From assembly GCF_000015805.1 (NCBI RefSeq), contig NC_009073.1, positions 690,001 to 722,000 on the forward strand: 32,000 nt of DNA. Reading direction: 5' to 3'. The notes under the pieces were generated by a model that saw only the letters and a program-made list of their open reading frames with translations, was not told the DNA's origin and did not search any database. Every line of letters begins with the position of its first letter. The stretch's first letter is position 1. Of this stretch, positions 6,663 to 15,062 are shown piece by piece. The DNA is from Pyrobaculum calidifontis JCM 11548. Its GTDB lineage: Archaea; Thermoproteota; Thermoprotei; Thermoproteales; Thermoproteaceae. A program made the translations under genes and the position numbers.

Positions 6663-7742
6663 CTATATATATCTAATTATTCTGTGGAAGGTGTCCCGCT
6701 CGGCGGGTCTTTTGCCCACTTCTCTCGCTATGGCGGCCAGCTCCTCTGGCGTGGCGGAGTGGGGCGCCCCGGCCGACCTCAGCACGGCCTCGTTGTACAT
6801 GGTGCCGACAAGGTCGTTGGCCCCCGCGAGGAGTAGCGTGGAGGCGAGCTTCTTCCCCACGGAGAGCCAGTAGGCGGCTACCTTTAGCCTGTCTAAGAGG
6901 ATTAGGCGGGATATGGCCACCACTTTTACGTCGTATGTGGCTGGGGCGGGGCCCTTCACGACCCCCCTCTTGTACAACTCGGTGTTTTGCGGGTTGTACT
7001 TCACGGGTATGAAGAGGAGTACCCTCCCGGTCTTTTCCTGTAGCTCTTTTACGCGGAATATGTGGTCTACCACGTGGCGGTCCTCTTCTACGTGGCCGTA
7101 GAGCATTGTGGCGTTGCTGGGGATCCCCAGCTCGTGGGCCACCTCGGCTATCCTGATCCACTCTTCGCCGGATATCTTGTGTGGCGCCACCACCCTCCTC
7201 ACCTCTTCTGCGAATATCTCGGCGCCGCCGCCCGATATGGCGTCTAGCCCCGCGTCTTTCCACCTGGAGAGGACTTCTCGCCAAGACATGTGCCACAGCT
7301 TGGCGTAGTAGTCCACCTCGGCCATGGTGGGCCCCTTTATTACCACGCGGGGGGCGGCCTTCTTGACGGCGGAGAACAGCTGGTCGAAGTACTCGGGGGT
7401 TAGGAAGGGGTTAAAGCCGCCGTTTATGTGCAACTCCGTGACGCCGCGTTGCTCCACGGCTTGTCTCACTGCGGCGGCCACTTCCTCGGGCTTACGCACA
7501 TACGCGTCGGGGCTCCCCGGCAGGCGGTAGAAGGCGCATATGGGGCACTTGGCCACACAGACGTTGCTGTAGTTCACCACGATGTTGTTGACGAAGGTCA
7601 CCACGTCGCCGTAGAACTTCTGCGAGACGGCGTGGGCGGCCTGGGCCAGCGTGAACATGTCCGCCTCGCGCATCAGCGCCTCTGCGTCGTGCCTAGAGAG
7701 CCCCCTAAGGGCGGCCTCCACCACGTCTTCTGGCTTGAGCAC
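6663..7742 (-). CDS. radical-SAM enzyme of the MqnC/MqnE (CofH-like) family
   Basis: NYSNVCVAKCPICAFYR carries the CX3CX2C cluster, and the length (359 aa) and C-terminal PAERDTFHRIIR motif are typical of futalosine-pathway radical-SAM enzymes. GTG start, with ATTTATTAAATAG about 25 nt upstream. Confidence 0.85.
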   Translation of the reverse strand: MLKPEDVVEAALRGLSRHDAEALMREADMFTLAQAAHAVSQKFYGDVVTFVNNIVVNYSNVCVAKCPICAFYRLPGSPDAYVRKPEEVAAAVRQAVEQRGVTELHINGGFNPFLTPEYFDQLFSAVKKAAPRVVIKGPTMAEVDYYAKLWHMSWREVLSRWKDAGLDAISGGGAEIFAEEVRRVVAPHKISGEEWIRIAEVAHELGIPSNATMLYGHVEEDRHVVDHIFRVKELQEKTGRVLLFIPVKYNPQNTELYKRGVVKGPAPATYDVKVVAISRLILLDRLKVAAYWLSVGKKLASTLLLAGANDLVGTMYNEAVLRSAGAPHSATPEELAAIAREVGKRPAERDTFHRIIRYI

Positions 7743-7927
7743 TTGGTTACGAATTCCCTATTTAATAAATCTCGCCGGGCACTGCCGAGAGCGTGTAGGC
7801 CAGGTAGCGGGGGAGGTCGGTAGCTCGTGCACAGAGGCCGCTTATCTACTGACCGCATATCGAGACGTCAGACATTCACCGGCCGGTACAGGGCTGGAGG
7901 CCACCGGCTCCTAGACCTCTCACAGTT

Positions 7928-7955
7928 GACAAGCGCAATGAGTAAAGATTTTTAA
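7928..7955 (+). promoter_or_regulatory. GACAAGCGCAAT box plus TATA (copy 2)
   Basis: GACAAGCGCAATGAGTAAAGATTTTTAA lies upstream of the coiled-coil gene. Confidence 0.45.
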
Positions 7956-7956
7956 C

Positions 7957-8559
7957 TTGTGTGAAGTGGTTTGTGTGTCTGTTGAGCTGTTGCTCACAGC
8001 CATTGGGACAATAGGCGCTGTGGCGGCCTCAACAGCCTCTCTTGCCTATTGGCTCGGCAGAAAATTCGCCGAGATAGAGAAGAAGTTCGAGTATGTGGAT
8101 AAAAAGTTTGAAGAAATTGATAAGAGGTTTGAAAGAATCGATAAGAGGTTCGAAGAGATGGACAAGAAGCTTGGAGAAGTTATCAAGAGTATCTTGGAGC
8201 TTGAAGGGAGGTTTGACGAGCTGGCCCAGGCTACTCGTGACCAATTTGAGTTTTTTGCTGAGTTTTTGGGTTTTAGGGGTGTTCTTGAGGCGAGGGATGT
8301 GGATTTTGTCAAGGGGGAGTTGGCTAGGCTCGCCCGCCTCAACCCCCTCACCGAGGAGGAGTTGAGGAGGATTAGAGAGCTTGTGGAGAAGGAGGAGCTC
8401 ACCCTGGAGGAGGCTGACGAGCTTAGGGAGCTGGCTAGGAAGTTTGTAAAAGAACATGGCGACAGGCCGGGCGCGTGGAAGCTGTTGATATACGCCTCGA
8501 TAATGAGGGGAATCGCTCTGAGGAAGAGGGGGCAGAGGGAGGGTAGTCGGACCTCTTGA
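7957..8559 (+). CDS. membrane-anchored coiled-coil protein with five tandem heptad (21-bp) repeats
   Basis: One N-terminal TM helix, then EKKFEYV DKKFEEI DKRFERI DKRFEEM DKKLGEV and further acidic helices. The start is uncertain: TTG 7957 in the track, with GTG 7966 or 7975 fitting the TATA at 7944-7955 better. Confidence 0.7.
   Translation: MCEVVCVSVELLLTAIGTIGAVAASTASLAYWLGRKFAEIEKKFEYVDKKFEEIDKRFERIDKRFEEMDKKLGEVIKSILELEGRFDELAQATRDQFEFFAEFLGFRGVLEARDVDFVKGELARLARLNPLTEEELRRIRELVEKEELTLEEADELRELARKFVKEHGDRPGAWKLLIYASIMRGIALRKRGQREGSRTS
8077..8181 (+). repeat. five tandem 21-bp repeats encoding (D/E)K(K/R)(F/L)xxx heptads
   Basis: The units are gagaagaagttcgagtatgtg, gataaaaagtttgaagaaatt, gataagaggtttgaaagaatc, gataagaggttcgaagagatg and gacaagaagcttggagaagtt. 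Confidence 0.85.
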
Positions 8560-8645
8560 CGACTTGTCGTAGACGGCTCTCGTCGCTGTCTTACTGGGCT
8601 CTGCCCGGCGCCGCTTGATTTATATGTGCCAACTGTCTCCCCTCT

Positions 8646-9704
8646 GTGGAGGTTCCCACAGTGGATGAAATTGAGGAGCTTCTGAGGGCCGACTTGTGGG
8701 AGCTCGGGAGGCGGGCCTTCGCCATTCGCGCCAAGCTGTATGGCGACGTGACTACGTTCATCTCTAACATGATTTTGAATTATACGAACGTCTGTGTGGT
8801 TGGGTGTAGTTTCTGCGCCTTTTACCGCCCGCCGCGGCACCCCGAGGTGTATACCTACAGCGTCGAGGAGGCCGTTAGGAGGGTGTTGGAGGTGGACGCG
8901 CGGTATGGCATTAGGCAGGTCTTGGTGCAGGGCGGGGTAAACCCTGAGATTGGGATTGAGTACTTTGAGGAGCTTTTTAGGAGGATTAAGGAGAGGGCGC
9001 CGCACATCGCCATTCACGCCTTATCGCCCCTTGAGGTAGACTATCTCTCTAGGCGGGAGAGGATGTCGTATAGAGAGGTGTTGGAGAGGTTGAAGGAGGC
9101 TGGGATGGAGTCTATGCCTGGGGGTGGCGGGGAGATTCTCGTGGACGAGGTGAGGCGGTTGATTGCGCCGAGGAAGATAGACGCGGAGACTTGGCTTAGG
9201 ATTATGGAGGAGGCTCACAGGTTGGGCATTCCCTCCTCTGCCACAATGATGTACGGCCACGTGGAGAGCCTCCGCGACGTGGCGTTGCACATGCGCAAGA
9301 TCGCAGAGCTTCAGGCCAAGACTGGGGGCTTCATGGCCTTTATCGCGTGGAACTTTGAGCCGGGGACTAGCGAGCTGGGGAAGAAGATCCCCTACCCAAA
9401 GACTTCGGCGACTCTGCTCAGGATGGTGGCGGTGGCCAGGATCGTCTTTAGGGACCTCATACCGCACATTCAGACGGGGTGGCTCACCACGGGCCCCGAG
9501 ACGGCCCAGTTGGCCATGTACTTCGGCGCAGACGACTTCGGGGGGACGCTGTACGAGGAGAAGGTCCTCGAGTGGAAGAGGGCCGAGGCCCCCATCGACC
9601 GGCGGGAGGACGTGGCAAAACTCATAAAGTCGGCTGGGTTCAGGCCGGCGGAGAGAGACAACCTCTACCGCATTATACCCGGCGAGGAGTACCGAAAAAC
9701 GTAA
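8646..9704 (+). CDS. radical-SAM enzyme of the MqnC/MqnE (CofH-like) family, paralogue of 6663..7742
   Basis: NYTNVCVVGCSFCAFYR carries the CX3CX2C cluster. It is colinear with 6663..7742 (e.g. GIPSSATMMYGHVE vs GIPSNATMLYGHVE; PAERDNLYRII vs PAERDTFHRII). GTG start about 25 nt downstream of GATTTATATG. Confidence 0.85.
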   Translation: MEVPTVDEIEELLRADLWELGRRAFAIRAKLYGDVTTFISNMILNYTNVCVVGCSFCAFYRPPRHPEVYTYSVEEAVRRVLEVDARYGIRQVLVQGGVNPEIGIEYFEELFRRIKERAPHIAIHALSPLEVDYLSRRERMSYREVLERLKEAGMESMPGGGGEILVDEVRRLIAPRKIDAETWLRIMEEAHRLGIPSSATMMYGHVESLRDVALHMRKIAELQAKTGGFMAFIAWNFEPGTSELGKKIPYPKTSATLLRMVAVARIVFRDLIPHIQTGWLTTGPETAQLAMYFGADDFGGTLYEEKVLEWKRAEAPIDRREDVAKLIKSAGFRPAERDNLYRIIPGEEYRKT

Positions 9705-9724
9705 ATACTTATGCGTAAAAAGGT

Positions 9725-10039
9725 TTGATGCAAGTTATCTTTTCTGTTGTAAAGAGGTGCCCCAATTGTGGAGATGAGGTTGTTGTAGAAGTTGAGAAGA
9801 AGTCCCCCGTGGTTGTTAATTGTCGGCGGTGTGGCTCACAAGTGGTGGTGGGGGTGGAAGAGCTGGTGGAGGAGGTGAGGCTTTTTGACTGTGAGGTACG
9901 TGACTGGGATCGTATCGCTGCTCTAAGCGGCAAGGCACAGCAGATGGTTTTACAAGCTGTGGAGTCTGGGAGGGCTCCTCGGGAGCTTTTGCCGCTTTTA
10001 GTGAAATTGAGAGATGTTGGGGCTTTGGTATGTACCTAG
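9725..10039 (+). CDS. small zinc-ribbon protein
   Basis: CPNCGDEVVVEVEKKSPVVVNCRRCG forms a CxxC...CxxC ribbon. The stop overlaps the next gene's ATG by 10 nt. Confidence 0.5.
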   Translation: MMQVIFSVVKRCPNCGDEVVVEVEKKSPVVVNCRRCGSQVVVGVEELVEEVRLFDCEVRDWDRIAALSGKAQQMVLQAVESGRAPRELLPLLVKLRDVGALVCT

Positions 10040-10935
10040 AGTTTCCCGCGGTATATAGATTTTTCAAGGAGTATATAGAGGCGTCGGGTGGCATTTTTGA
10101 GCTTAAGAAGGCCTTGGATTGGAGTGTGTGGTACGCTGTGAAGTGGTGGAGGGAGCTTGTGGATGCCGGTGCGCATCGTACCCAGAATACTTTTGTGAAG
10201 GCGTTGTACAACGCGCTTTTGACTAGGGGGATTATTGACGAAGAGGGAGGGGTTAGGAGAGATGTTAAAAAGCCTGAGATGCCCAAGGGTATATATGCCC
10301 GGGAGTGGGTTGAGCTACATCAAAATTTTGACAGTATCGACGTAGTGAAGGTCGCCAGAGATGAGGTGGATAGAAATGTCTTAGACTTGTTTTACAGCGA
10401 TTTGCAGATTCAGGGCTGGCACCGCATTATGATTAAGACGTTTTTTAAGGCTGTGGGAATGCGGAATGACGGTGCCGTGTTGGAGCCCTACAGCAGAGAG
10501 GGCCACCTTGCCGTGCTGTACTTCGAGGATTATAGGCCTCGGCTTTATGTGGGCTACGACTCAAGCCCGTCGCTTGTAGAGCTGGCCAAGAAGACTGCGC
10601 CTGAGGGAACTTTTGTTACGGCAAACTCCGCGTGCGATGTGTCGGGGCGGTTTGACGTAGTTCTCCTCGTGGAGAAGATGCAGTGGTTTCCTGACCCAGC
10701 GAGGGAGCTGGAATGTATTTGGCGGGCCATGGCACCAGGCGGGAGGTTGTATGTGGCGCAACCCGTTGTGGAGTCTATGCCAGGGTACTTGGCCATACAT
10801 GCCGCATTAGGCGCCATACACGTATATTCGTGGAAAGACGTAGAAAACCTCTTGCAAATGCATTTCAAGCTGGAGAGACGGCTGATAAAGACTATGCCCT
10901 TCTATGGCGCTGTGTGGAAGCGGGAAGAAAGTTAG
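10030..10935 (+). CDS. class I SAM-dependent methyltransferase-like protein with a degenerate motif I
   Basis: The C-terminal half (VGYDSSPSLVELAKK...FDVVLLVEKMQWFPDPARELECIWRAMAPGGRLYV) resembles Methyltransf_11/25 post-I to motif III regions. The N-terminal 150 aa are unrecognised. Confidence 0.5.
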   Translation: MYLEFPAVYRFFKEYIEASGGIFELKKALDWSVWYAVKWWRELVDAGAHRTQNTFVKALYNALLTRGIIDEEGGVRRDVKKPEMPKGIYAREWVELHQNFDSIDVVKVARDEVDRNVLDLFYSDLQIQGWHRIMIKTFFKAVGMRNDGAVLEPYSREGHLAVLYFEDYRPRLYVGYDSSPSLVELAKKTAPEGTFVTANSACDVSGRFDVVLLVEKMQWFPDPARELECIWRAMAPGGRLYVAQPVVESMPGYLAIHAALGAIHVYSWKDVENLLQMHFKLERRLIKTMPFYGAVWKREES

Positions 10936-10952
10936 CAATACAGGCCGAACCC

Positions 10953-12062
10953 CTAGTACTCTACGATTTCTAGCTTTAACAGCTTTGCCACTGCCTTGAC
11001 CTCCTCGGTCACGTCCCCCGGGATAAAGACGTGGTGGTTTGCGGGGGCCTTGGCGGCTACGTCGCCTATTTCTACCAGCGCCTGTGTTCTACAGGCGCGT
11101 TCTATGAAGTTCCCGCTTTTCAGCACCTTGGCCACGCCTATGACGATCTTGTCCATCCTGGGCGAGAGGGATACGGCGGTGTAGATGTCTTCGGCGAGCT
11201 CCCCCGAGAGGCCGTGCGGATACCCGGACTCGAAGTGCGGCATTGTTCTCCAGCTCTTCACCATGTCGAGCGATATGGTGCAGTGGGCGAAGGCGGCTTG
11301 CCTTCCCTTGGCGTATACCACGTTGGCTATCCAGCCGGGGCGCCCGGTCAAGCGCCTGGACATCAACATGGCGAAGCCAGCGGCTAAGTCCCCCTCGCAC
11401 GCCACAGTGTAGCCCTCGGCGTTTAGGAGGGCGAGGGCTAGGCAGGGGGTCACCTTGTTCCTCATGAGATAGGGGAAGCACTGGATGGCGGCTAGGTCCC
11501 TCCCCGCGGCGAGGTCTCTGAGGGCCGCCGTTATCTTGGCCACTTTCTCGTCGTCGAAGGTCTTAAGCGCGGCGGAGTCGGGCGGGGCGGCCTCCACCGC
11601 CTTTTCAAAGTCCTCTATGGAGACCACCTCCACGTCCCACTGGAACCTCTGCCGCGCAGCGGCGGCTTGGGCCGTCTCTCTGCCTATGAGGAGGGCCTTT
11701 GCCCCCAGCAACGCCGAAGCGGCGTCGGCGACTCTCTTGGCCTTTTTCAACGTGTCTTCGCACTGGGCGTAGGTGGGGCAGTGGAAGACCACGGCCGGAA
11801 TGCCCATGGCCTCTAGCTCTGCCCTGGTGTGGAGGGCGCTTGCGAAGCTGTTGTGTTCTCCAAAGCCCACGAGCACAGCCGCCTTTGCGCCCGTCTGCGT
11901 CACAAGCTCCACCGCGTCCCACGTGGTGCCGCCTGTGGCGTGCACGATAAGCGGCACTTTGCCCACTGCGCCGGGGGCCGCCTCGCCTACCGTCCGCTTG
12001 ACCAGCTCTGAAACTTCTGCCGCAAAGGAACCGTGTAGAGGCGAGGCCAAGACCACCGCCAC
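10953..12062 (-). CDS. L-fucose/L-arabinose isomerase-like family protein
   Basis: 369 aa. A Rossmann-like N-terminal part and a C-terminal ...GYTVACEGDLAAGFAMLM...FAHCT... resemble the metal-binding core of sugar isomerases (COG2407-like). The ORF is solid; the function is tentative. GTG start. Confidence 0.5.
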   Translation of the reverse strand: MAVVLASPLHGSFAAEVSELVKRTVGEAAPGAVGKVPLIVHATGGTTWDAVELVTQTGAKAAVLVGFGEHNSFASALHTRAELEAMGIPAVVFHCPTYAQCEDTLKKAKRVADAASALLGAKALLIGRETAQAAAARQRFQWDVEVVSIEDFEKAVEAAPPDSAALKTFDDEKVAKITAALRDLAAGRDLAAIQCFPYLMRNKVTPCLALALLNAEGYTVACEGDLAAGFAMLMSRRLTGRPGWIANVVYAKGRQAAFAHCTISLDMVKSWRTMPHFESGYPHGLSGELAEDIYTAVSLSPRMDKIVIGVAKVLKSGNFIERACRTQALVEIGDVAAKAPANHHVFIPGDVTEEVKAVAKLLKLEIVEY

Positions 12063-12080
12063 GGGCCCCAGGCCGCCCGC

Positions 12081-12096
12081 CTATATAACTTTTATG
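12081..12096. promoter_or_regulatory. shared bidirectional TATA region for divergent genes 10953..12062 (-) and 12116..13021 (+)
   Basis: CTATATAACTTTTATG lies about 23 nt from the minus-strand GTG (12062) and 23-30 nt from the plus-strand ATG (12116). Confidence 0.5.
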
Positions 12097-12115
12097 CACA
12101 GGTTTTCTCGTTGGC

Positions 12116-13021
12116 ATGAAGATTTACGTCAACTTTGAGCTCCCCGAAGAGGCGCGTAGGCTCTTAGAGGGGTTTGAAGTGGTGGGCCCCGGCGGAGACT
12201 TGTCGGAGGTGGAGGCGGCATTGGTGACTAGGCTCACGCCGGAGGAGTTGGCTAAGATGCCCAGGCTCAGGTTTATACAAGTGGCGCTGGCTGGGCTAGA
12301 TCACCTCCCGTGGGAGCACATTCCTCCCAACGTGGTGGTGGCGGGCAACGCGGGGAGTAATGCAGACGCCGTGGCGGAGTTCGCGCTGGGCATGTTGCTG
12401 GCGGCGTATAAGAAGATTGTTCAGTACAACGAGCGGATGAAGAGGGGGGAGTACGACCGGGTCTACGCCGTCCCCATGCTTAGGGGGAGGAAGGTAGCCG
12501 TCCTGGGGCTGGGGGAGATAGGGACACGCGTGGCTAAAATCCTCGCGGCGCTGGGGGCAGAGGTCTGGGGCTTCTCTAGGTCGAGGAGGGAGGGGCCGTG
12601 GCGCTTTACCACGAGCCTCGAGGAGGCGCTCCGGGGGGCCTCCGCCGCCGTGTGCGCCCTCCCCCTCAACAAGCACACCAGAGGGCTGATACGGTACGAG
12701 CACCTGGCCCTGATGGCAGAGGACGCCGTCTTTGTCAACGTAGGCCGCGCTGAGGTGGTAGACAGGGAGGGGGCCTTACGCATTTTGAAGGAGCGGCCGC
12801 GGTTTGTCTTCGCAAGCGACGTGTGGTGGGGGAGGAACAACTTTGCAAAAGACGCCGAGTTTTTCGCTCTCCCAAACGTGGTGGCCACCCCCTGGGTCGC
12901 CGGGGGTTACGGGAGTGAGGAGGTTTGGAGAGAGATGGCTGTGGAGGCGGTCAAAAACCTCTTGGCATGGGCCAGGGGCGAGACGCCGAAGAATATCGCA
13001 AAAAGGAGCGACTACGTTTAA
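12116..13021 (+). CDS. D-isomer-specific 2-hydroxyacid dehydrogenase family protein (atypical: TPW instead of TPH)
   Basis: NAD-binding VAVLGLGEIGTRVAKILAALGAEVWGFSRS (GxGxxG) and NVGRAEVVD (catalytic Arg region). The usual TPH(I/L)(A/G) His motif reads ATPWVAG. Confidence 0.85.
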   Translation: MKIYVNFELPEEARRLLEGFEVVGPGGDLSEVEAALVTRLTPEELAKMPRLRFIQVALAGLDHLPWEHIPPNVVVAGNAGSNADAVAEFALGMLLAAYKKIVQYNERMKRGEYDRVYAVPMLRGRKVAVLGLGEIGTRVAKILAALGAEVWGFSRSRREGPWRFTTSLEEALRGASAAVCALPLNKHTRGLIRYEHLALMAEDAVFVNVGRAEVVDREGALRILKERPRFVFASDVWWGRNNFAKDAEFFALPNVVATPWVAGGYGSEEVWREMAVEAVKNLLAWARGETPKNIAKRSDYV

Positions 13022-13043
13022 ATAGAGATACGAGTAGGGCAGT

Positions 13044-13373
13044 GTGAGCAGGCTGGTGATATTCGACCTTCTCCACGGCGAGGTTATCCGCCTGTTGGAG
13101 CGCTGGGGAGAGCGGAGGCTGGCTTCTGAGGTGGAGAGGGCTGGGGAAAGCCACGACGTCTACACTTTCTTAGACAGGGCTTTTTCTATGTACTACGCCG
13201 AATATGGCGGAGTTAACTGTAGGTGGCTTAGGGAGGAGCTACAGAGGGACTGGGACCGGGTGGTGGGCGTAGTCCTCCCGGCGTTGCTCCGCCAGTACCT
13301 ATCCGCCCGCCGCCGCGGCGGGAAAGGGGGAGAGGAGGCAGTTGAAGAGCTTAGGGCGTCGACTTGGGCGTGA
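13044..13373 (+). CDS. hypothetical protein
   Basis: 109-aa ORF with a GTG start about 22 nt downstream of TTTAAATAGAG. Its stop overlaps the next start (TGATG). No recognised motif. Confidence 0.5.
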   Translation: MSRLVIFDLLHGEVIRLLERWGERRLASEVERAGESHDVYTFLDRAFSMYYAEYGGVNCRWLREELQRDWDRVVGVVLPALLRQYLSARRRGGKGGEEAVEELRASTWA

Positions 13374-13606
13374 TGCAGTCGGACGTTTCTGCGGCGATGT
13401 TGAAGAGAGTGGAGGAGCTCCAGCGCCTGGCCGAGAGCATAGCCGAGCACCACCCCTACTGGCCCACGTTGTACTTCACCCTGGAGCTGTTACGCCGGGT
13501 ACTCGAGAAATGGCACAGCGACTTCACCCGGGAGGAGCTTGAGGAGCTTAAGTGGCTCGTGGAAAAGGTGGCCGACTCGGTGGCCAAGATACCGCCGAAG
13601 GATTAG
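13373..13606 (+). CDS. hypothetical helical protein
   Basis: 77 aa from ATG 13373 (track start TTG 13364), translationally coupled to 13044..13373. Confidence 0.5.
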   Translation: MQSDVSAAMLKRVEELQRLAESIAEHHPYWPTLYFTLELLRRVLEKWHSDFTREELEELKWLVEKVADSVAKIPPKD

Positions 13607-13758
13607 TCAGATCCGACAGGGGTCACTTCACAGCTCCGTTGCGGCACACATCCTCACTAATACTATATTGCTCAGCCCTTTATATCTTTTCGCCACCCAG
13701 CGGCGCTCCCTCGGCTAGCCAAAGCCGTAGCAGAGGGGGCTCTGGACGTGGTCTGCGT

Positions 13759-14007
13759 TTACCCTACCACCGGCTCAATTTGACAAACCTTCTTCTCGCC
13801 TGTATGCCAAGTAACGGCTCTATCCCTCTCTCCGCGGGGTATCCACTTCTTTTGAAATTCGGCGAAGGGTACACACTCCACTTCTATACACGCGTCGCGG
13901 TCTACATACGCGACACATACTATGTGTCTGTCGGCGAAGCGGGAGGCCCAGTCTACCTTGCGGCGGCGAAGAACAGGGGCCGCCCCTGCGGCTAACTCAC
14001 TCGCCCC
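13759..14007 (-). pseudogene. start-less ORF remnant abutting the AT-rich island
   Basis: 82 sense codons (GASELAAGAAPVLRRRKVDWASRFADRHIVCVAYVDRDACIEVECVPFAEFQKKWIPRGERDRAVTWHTGEKKVCQIEPVVG*) have protein-like composition. A TGA lies immediately upstream, and the only ATG/GTG/TTG is a late internal GTG. It was missed by the ORF track. Confidence 0.3.
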
Positions 14008-14208
14008 TCACCTCCGCCCTCAAGCCGCCCCTCTCCACCACCACGTCGAATGGTCAAATCATGGTATTTGCTAGAGCTCTTTGTTCTGTTATGATCTTTA
14101 TTTACATTTACGCTTTCACTAGGAAAGAATAGGTTAAGTATGTAGCCAGGTAGGACAAAAACAAAGCCGATATAAGTCAGAAAAAATAGTATAAAAATAT
14201 GCCTATAT

Positions 14209-14862
14209 TCATGAATAGTCTTGTCTTACATTTCTAGCTCTTTCCGTCCTAAATTGGACAAGTTTTATAAGTTCTCTATATAGATCCCTTATCTCGTTTT
14301 CACCAAATCCTAGAGATCCTAGCACAAATTTTTCCATCTCTAACCTTTCTAGTCTTTCTGCCTCATTCTCTATATCTTTAGGTCTAAGCCTAAGCATATT
14401 ATTGACAGTATCAAGGAATTCACTAAACTTATTGTTTTCTCTAAGATGTTTTTCTAACCATATTGGATTGATTATCGGTATTCTTTCATAGTCGGTCGTC
14501 TTAATGTCGAGAACTCCCTCTCCCAAGCTAGTTTGTCCAATTAACTCCATACCAATATATGTTATGACAGAATTTACTACGGCGAATAGTACTTCAGGAC
14601 TAACTCTTCCTCTGAATTCGTCTTTTATATAGCCTATGTAAAGTCTCTGATGGAACTGGGCATCGACAACTCTGTTTAGTAATACCCCATAATTTTTGTG
14701 TATGCCTTTCCTAAATATGAGTAGCCCACCTGAAGTATCAGTTAGTTTAGTCCAGTTATTATTGTTAACGATTTTATTATATAATGTTGAAAACTTTCTT
14801 CCATTACTAGTTACATATTTCTCTTTGACAAAATTTTCTGCCCATGCAAGGTACTCTCTCAT
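14209..14862 (-). CDS. C-terminal target-recognition (TaqI_C-like) part of the N6-adenine DNA methyltransferase, separated from the catalytic part by a frameshift
   Basis: LFAVVNSVITYIGMELIGQTSLGEGVLDIKTTDYERIPIINP resembles the conserved C-terminal block of type II/IIG gamma-MTases. This frame stays open upstream to about 15099, so the annotated Met is probably not a true start. Confidence 0.6.
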   Translation of the reverse strand: MREYLAWAENFVKEKYVTSNGRKFSTLYNKIVNNNNWTKLTDTSGGLLIFRKGIHKNYGVLLNRVVDAQFHQRLYIGYIKDEFRGRVSPEVLFAVVNSVITYIGMELIGQTSLGEGVLDIKTTDYERIPIINPIWLEKHLRENNKFSEFLDTVNNMLRLRPKDIENEAERLERLEMEKFVLGSLGFGENEIRDLYRELIKLVQFRTERARNVRQDYS

Positions 14863-15062
14863 TCCATAATCAGTAACATTATTTACGTCGTCGACCCAAA
14901 TTACATAATCTTCTTTCTTTAGAGTAGGTAGGGACTCTATTTCATAGGTAGAATTTTCTATGTGTCTTGGCGTTATTAACCTTCTTAAGTATTTTTTACT
15001 AATGGTTAAAGTTGTCCTTGGTTGGATCGTTTTTCTTACTACAAGATCGGTCGGTGTTTCTT

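Noticed and set aside
6046-6873. Plus-strand ORFs 6046..6426, 6240..6836 and 6568..6873
   Set aside because: They run antisense to the MqnA-like and radical-SAM genes, are Arg/Pro/Trp-rich and carry no motifs.
8046-9017. 323-aa minus-strand ORF, the longest antisense ORF in the core region
   Set aside because: It runs antisense to two well-supported genes (the coiled-coil gene and radical-SAM 8646..9704). Its sequence is Ser/Leu/Asn low-complexity mirroring the GAA/AAG repeats, and it has no motif.
11031-12138. Multiple overlapping ORFs on both strands within the isomerase-like gene (e.g. 11605..12117 -, 11773..12138 +)
   Set aside because: These are off-frame GC-rich artefacts. Only 10953..12062 (-) gives a globular, motif-bearing protein.
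13552-13995. 147-aa plus-strand ORF across the 13.6-14.0 kb region
   Set aside because: It is Arg/Ser/Gly/Leu-rich with no promoter context. It overlaps the end of 13373..13606 in another frame and is antisense to the more protein-like minus-strand remnant. It is probably spurious.
13606-14209. Search for a tRNA gene or att site at the island edge (e.g. GGTCAAATC at about 14041-14049, resembling a T-loop)
   Set aside because: No acceptor or T-arm pairing can be built around it, and no cloverleaf is evident on either strand. Similarity between the left (CACGTCGAATGGTCAAATC) and right (CATGTCGTATCAAAAG) island flanks is too weak to call a direct repeat.
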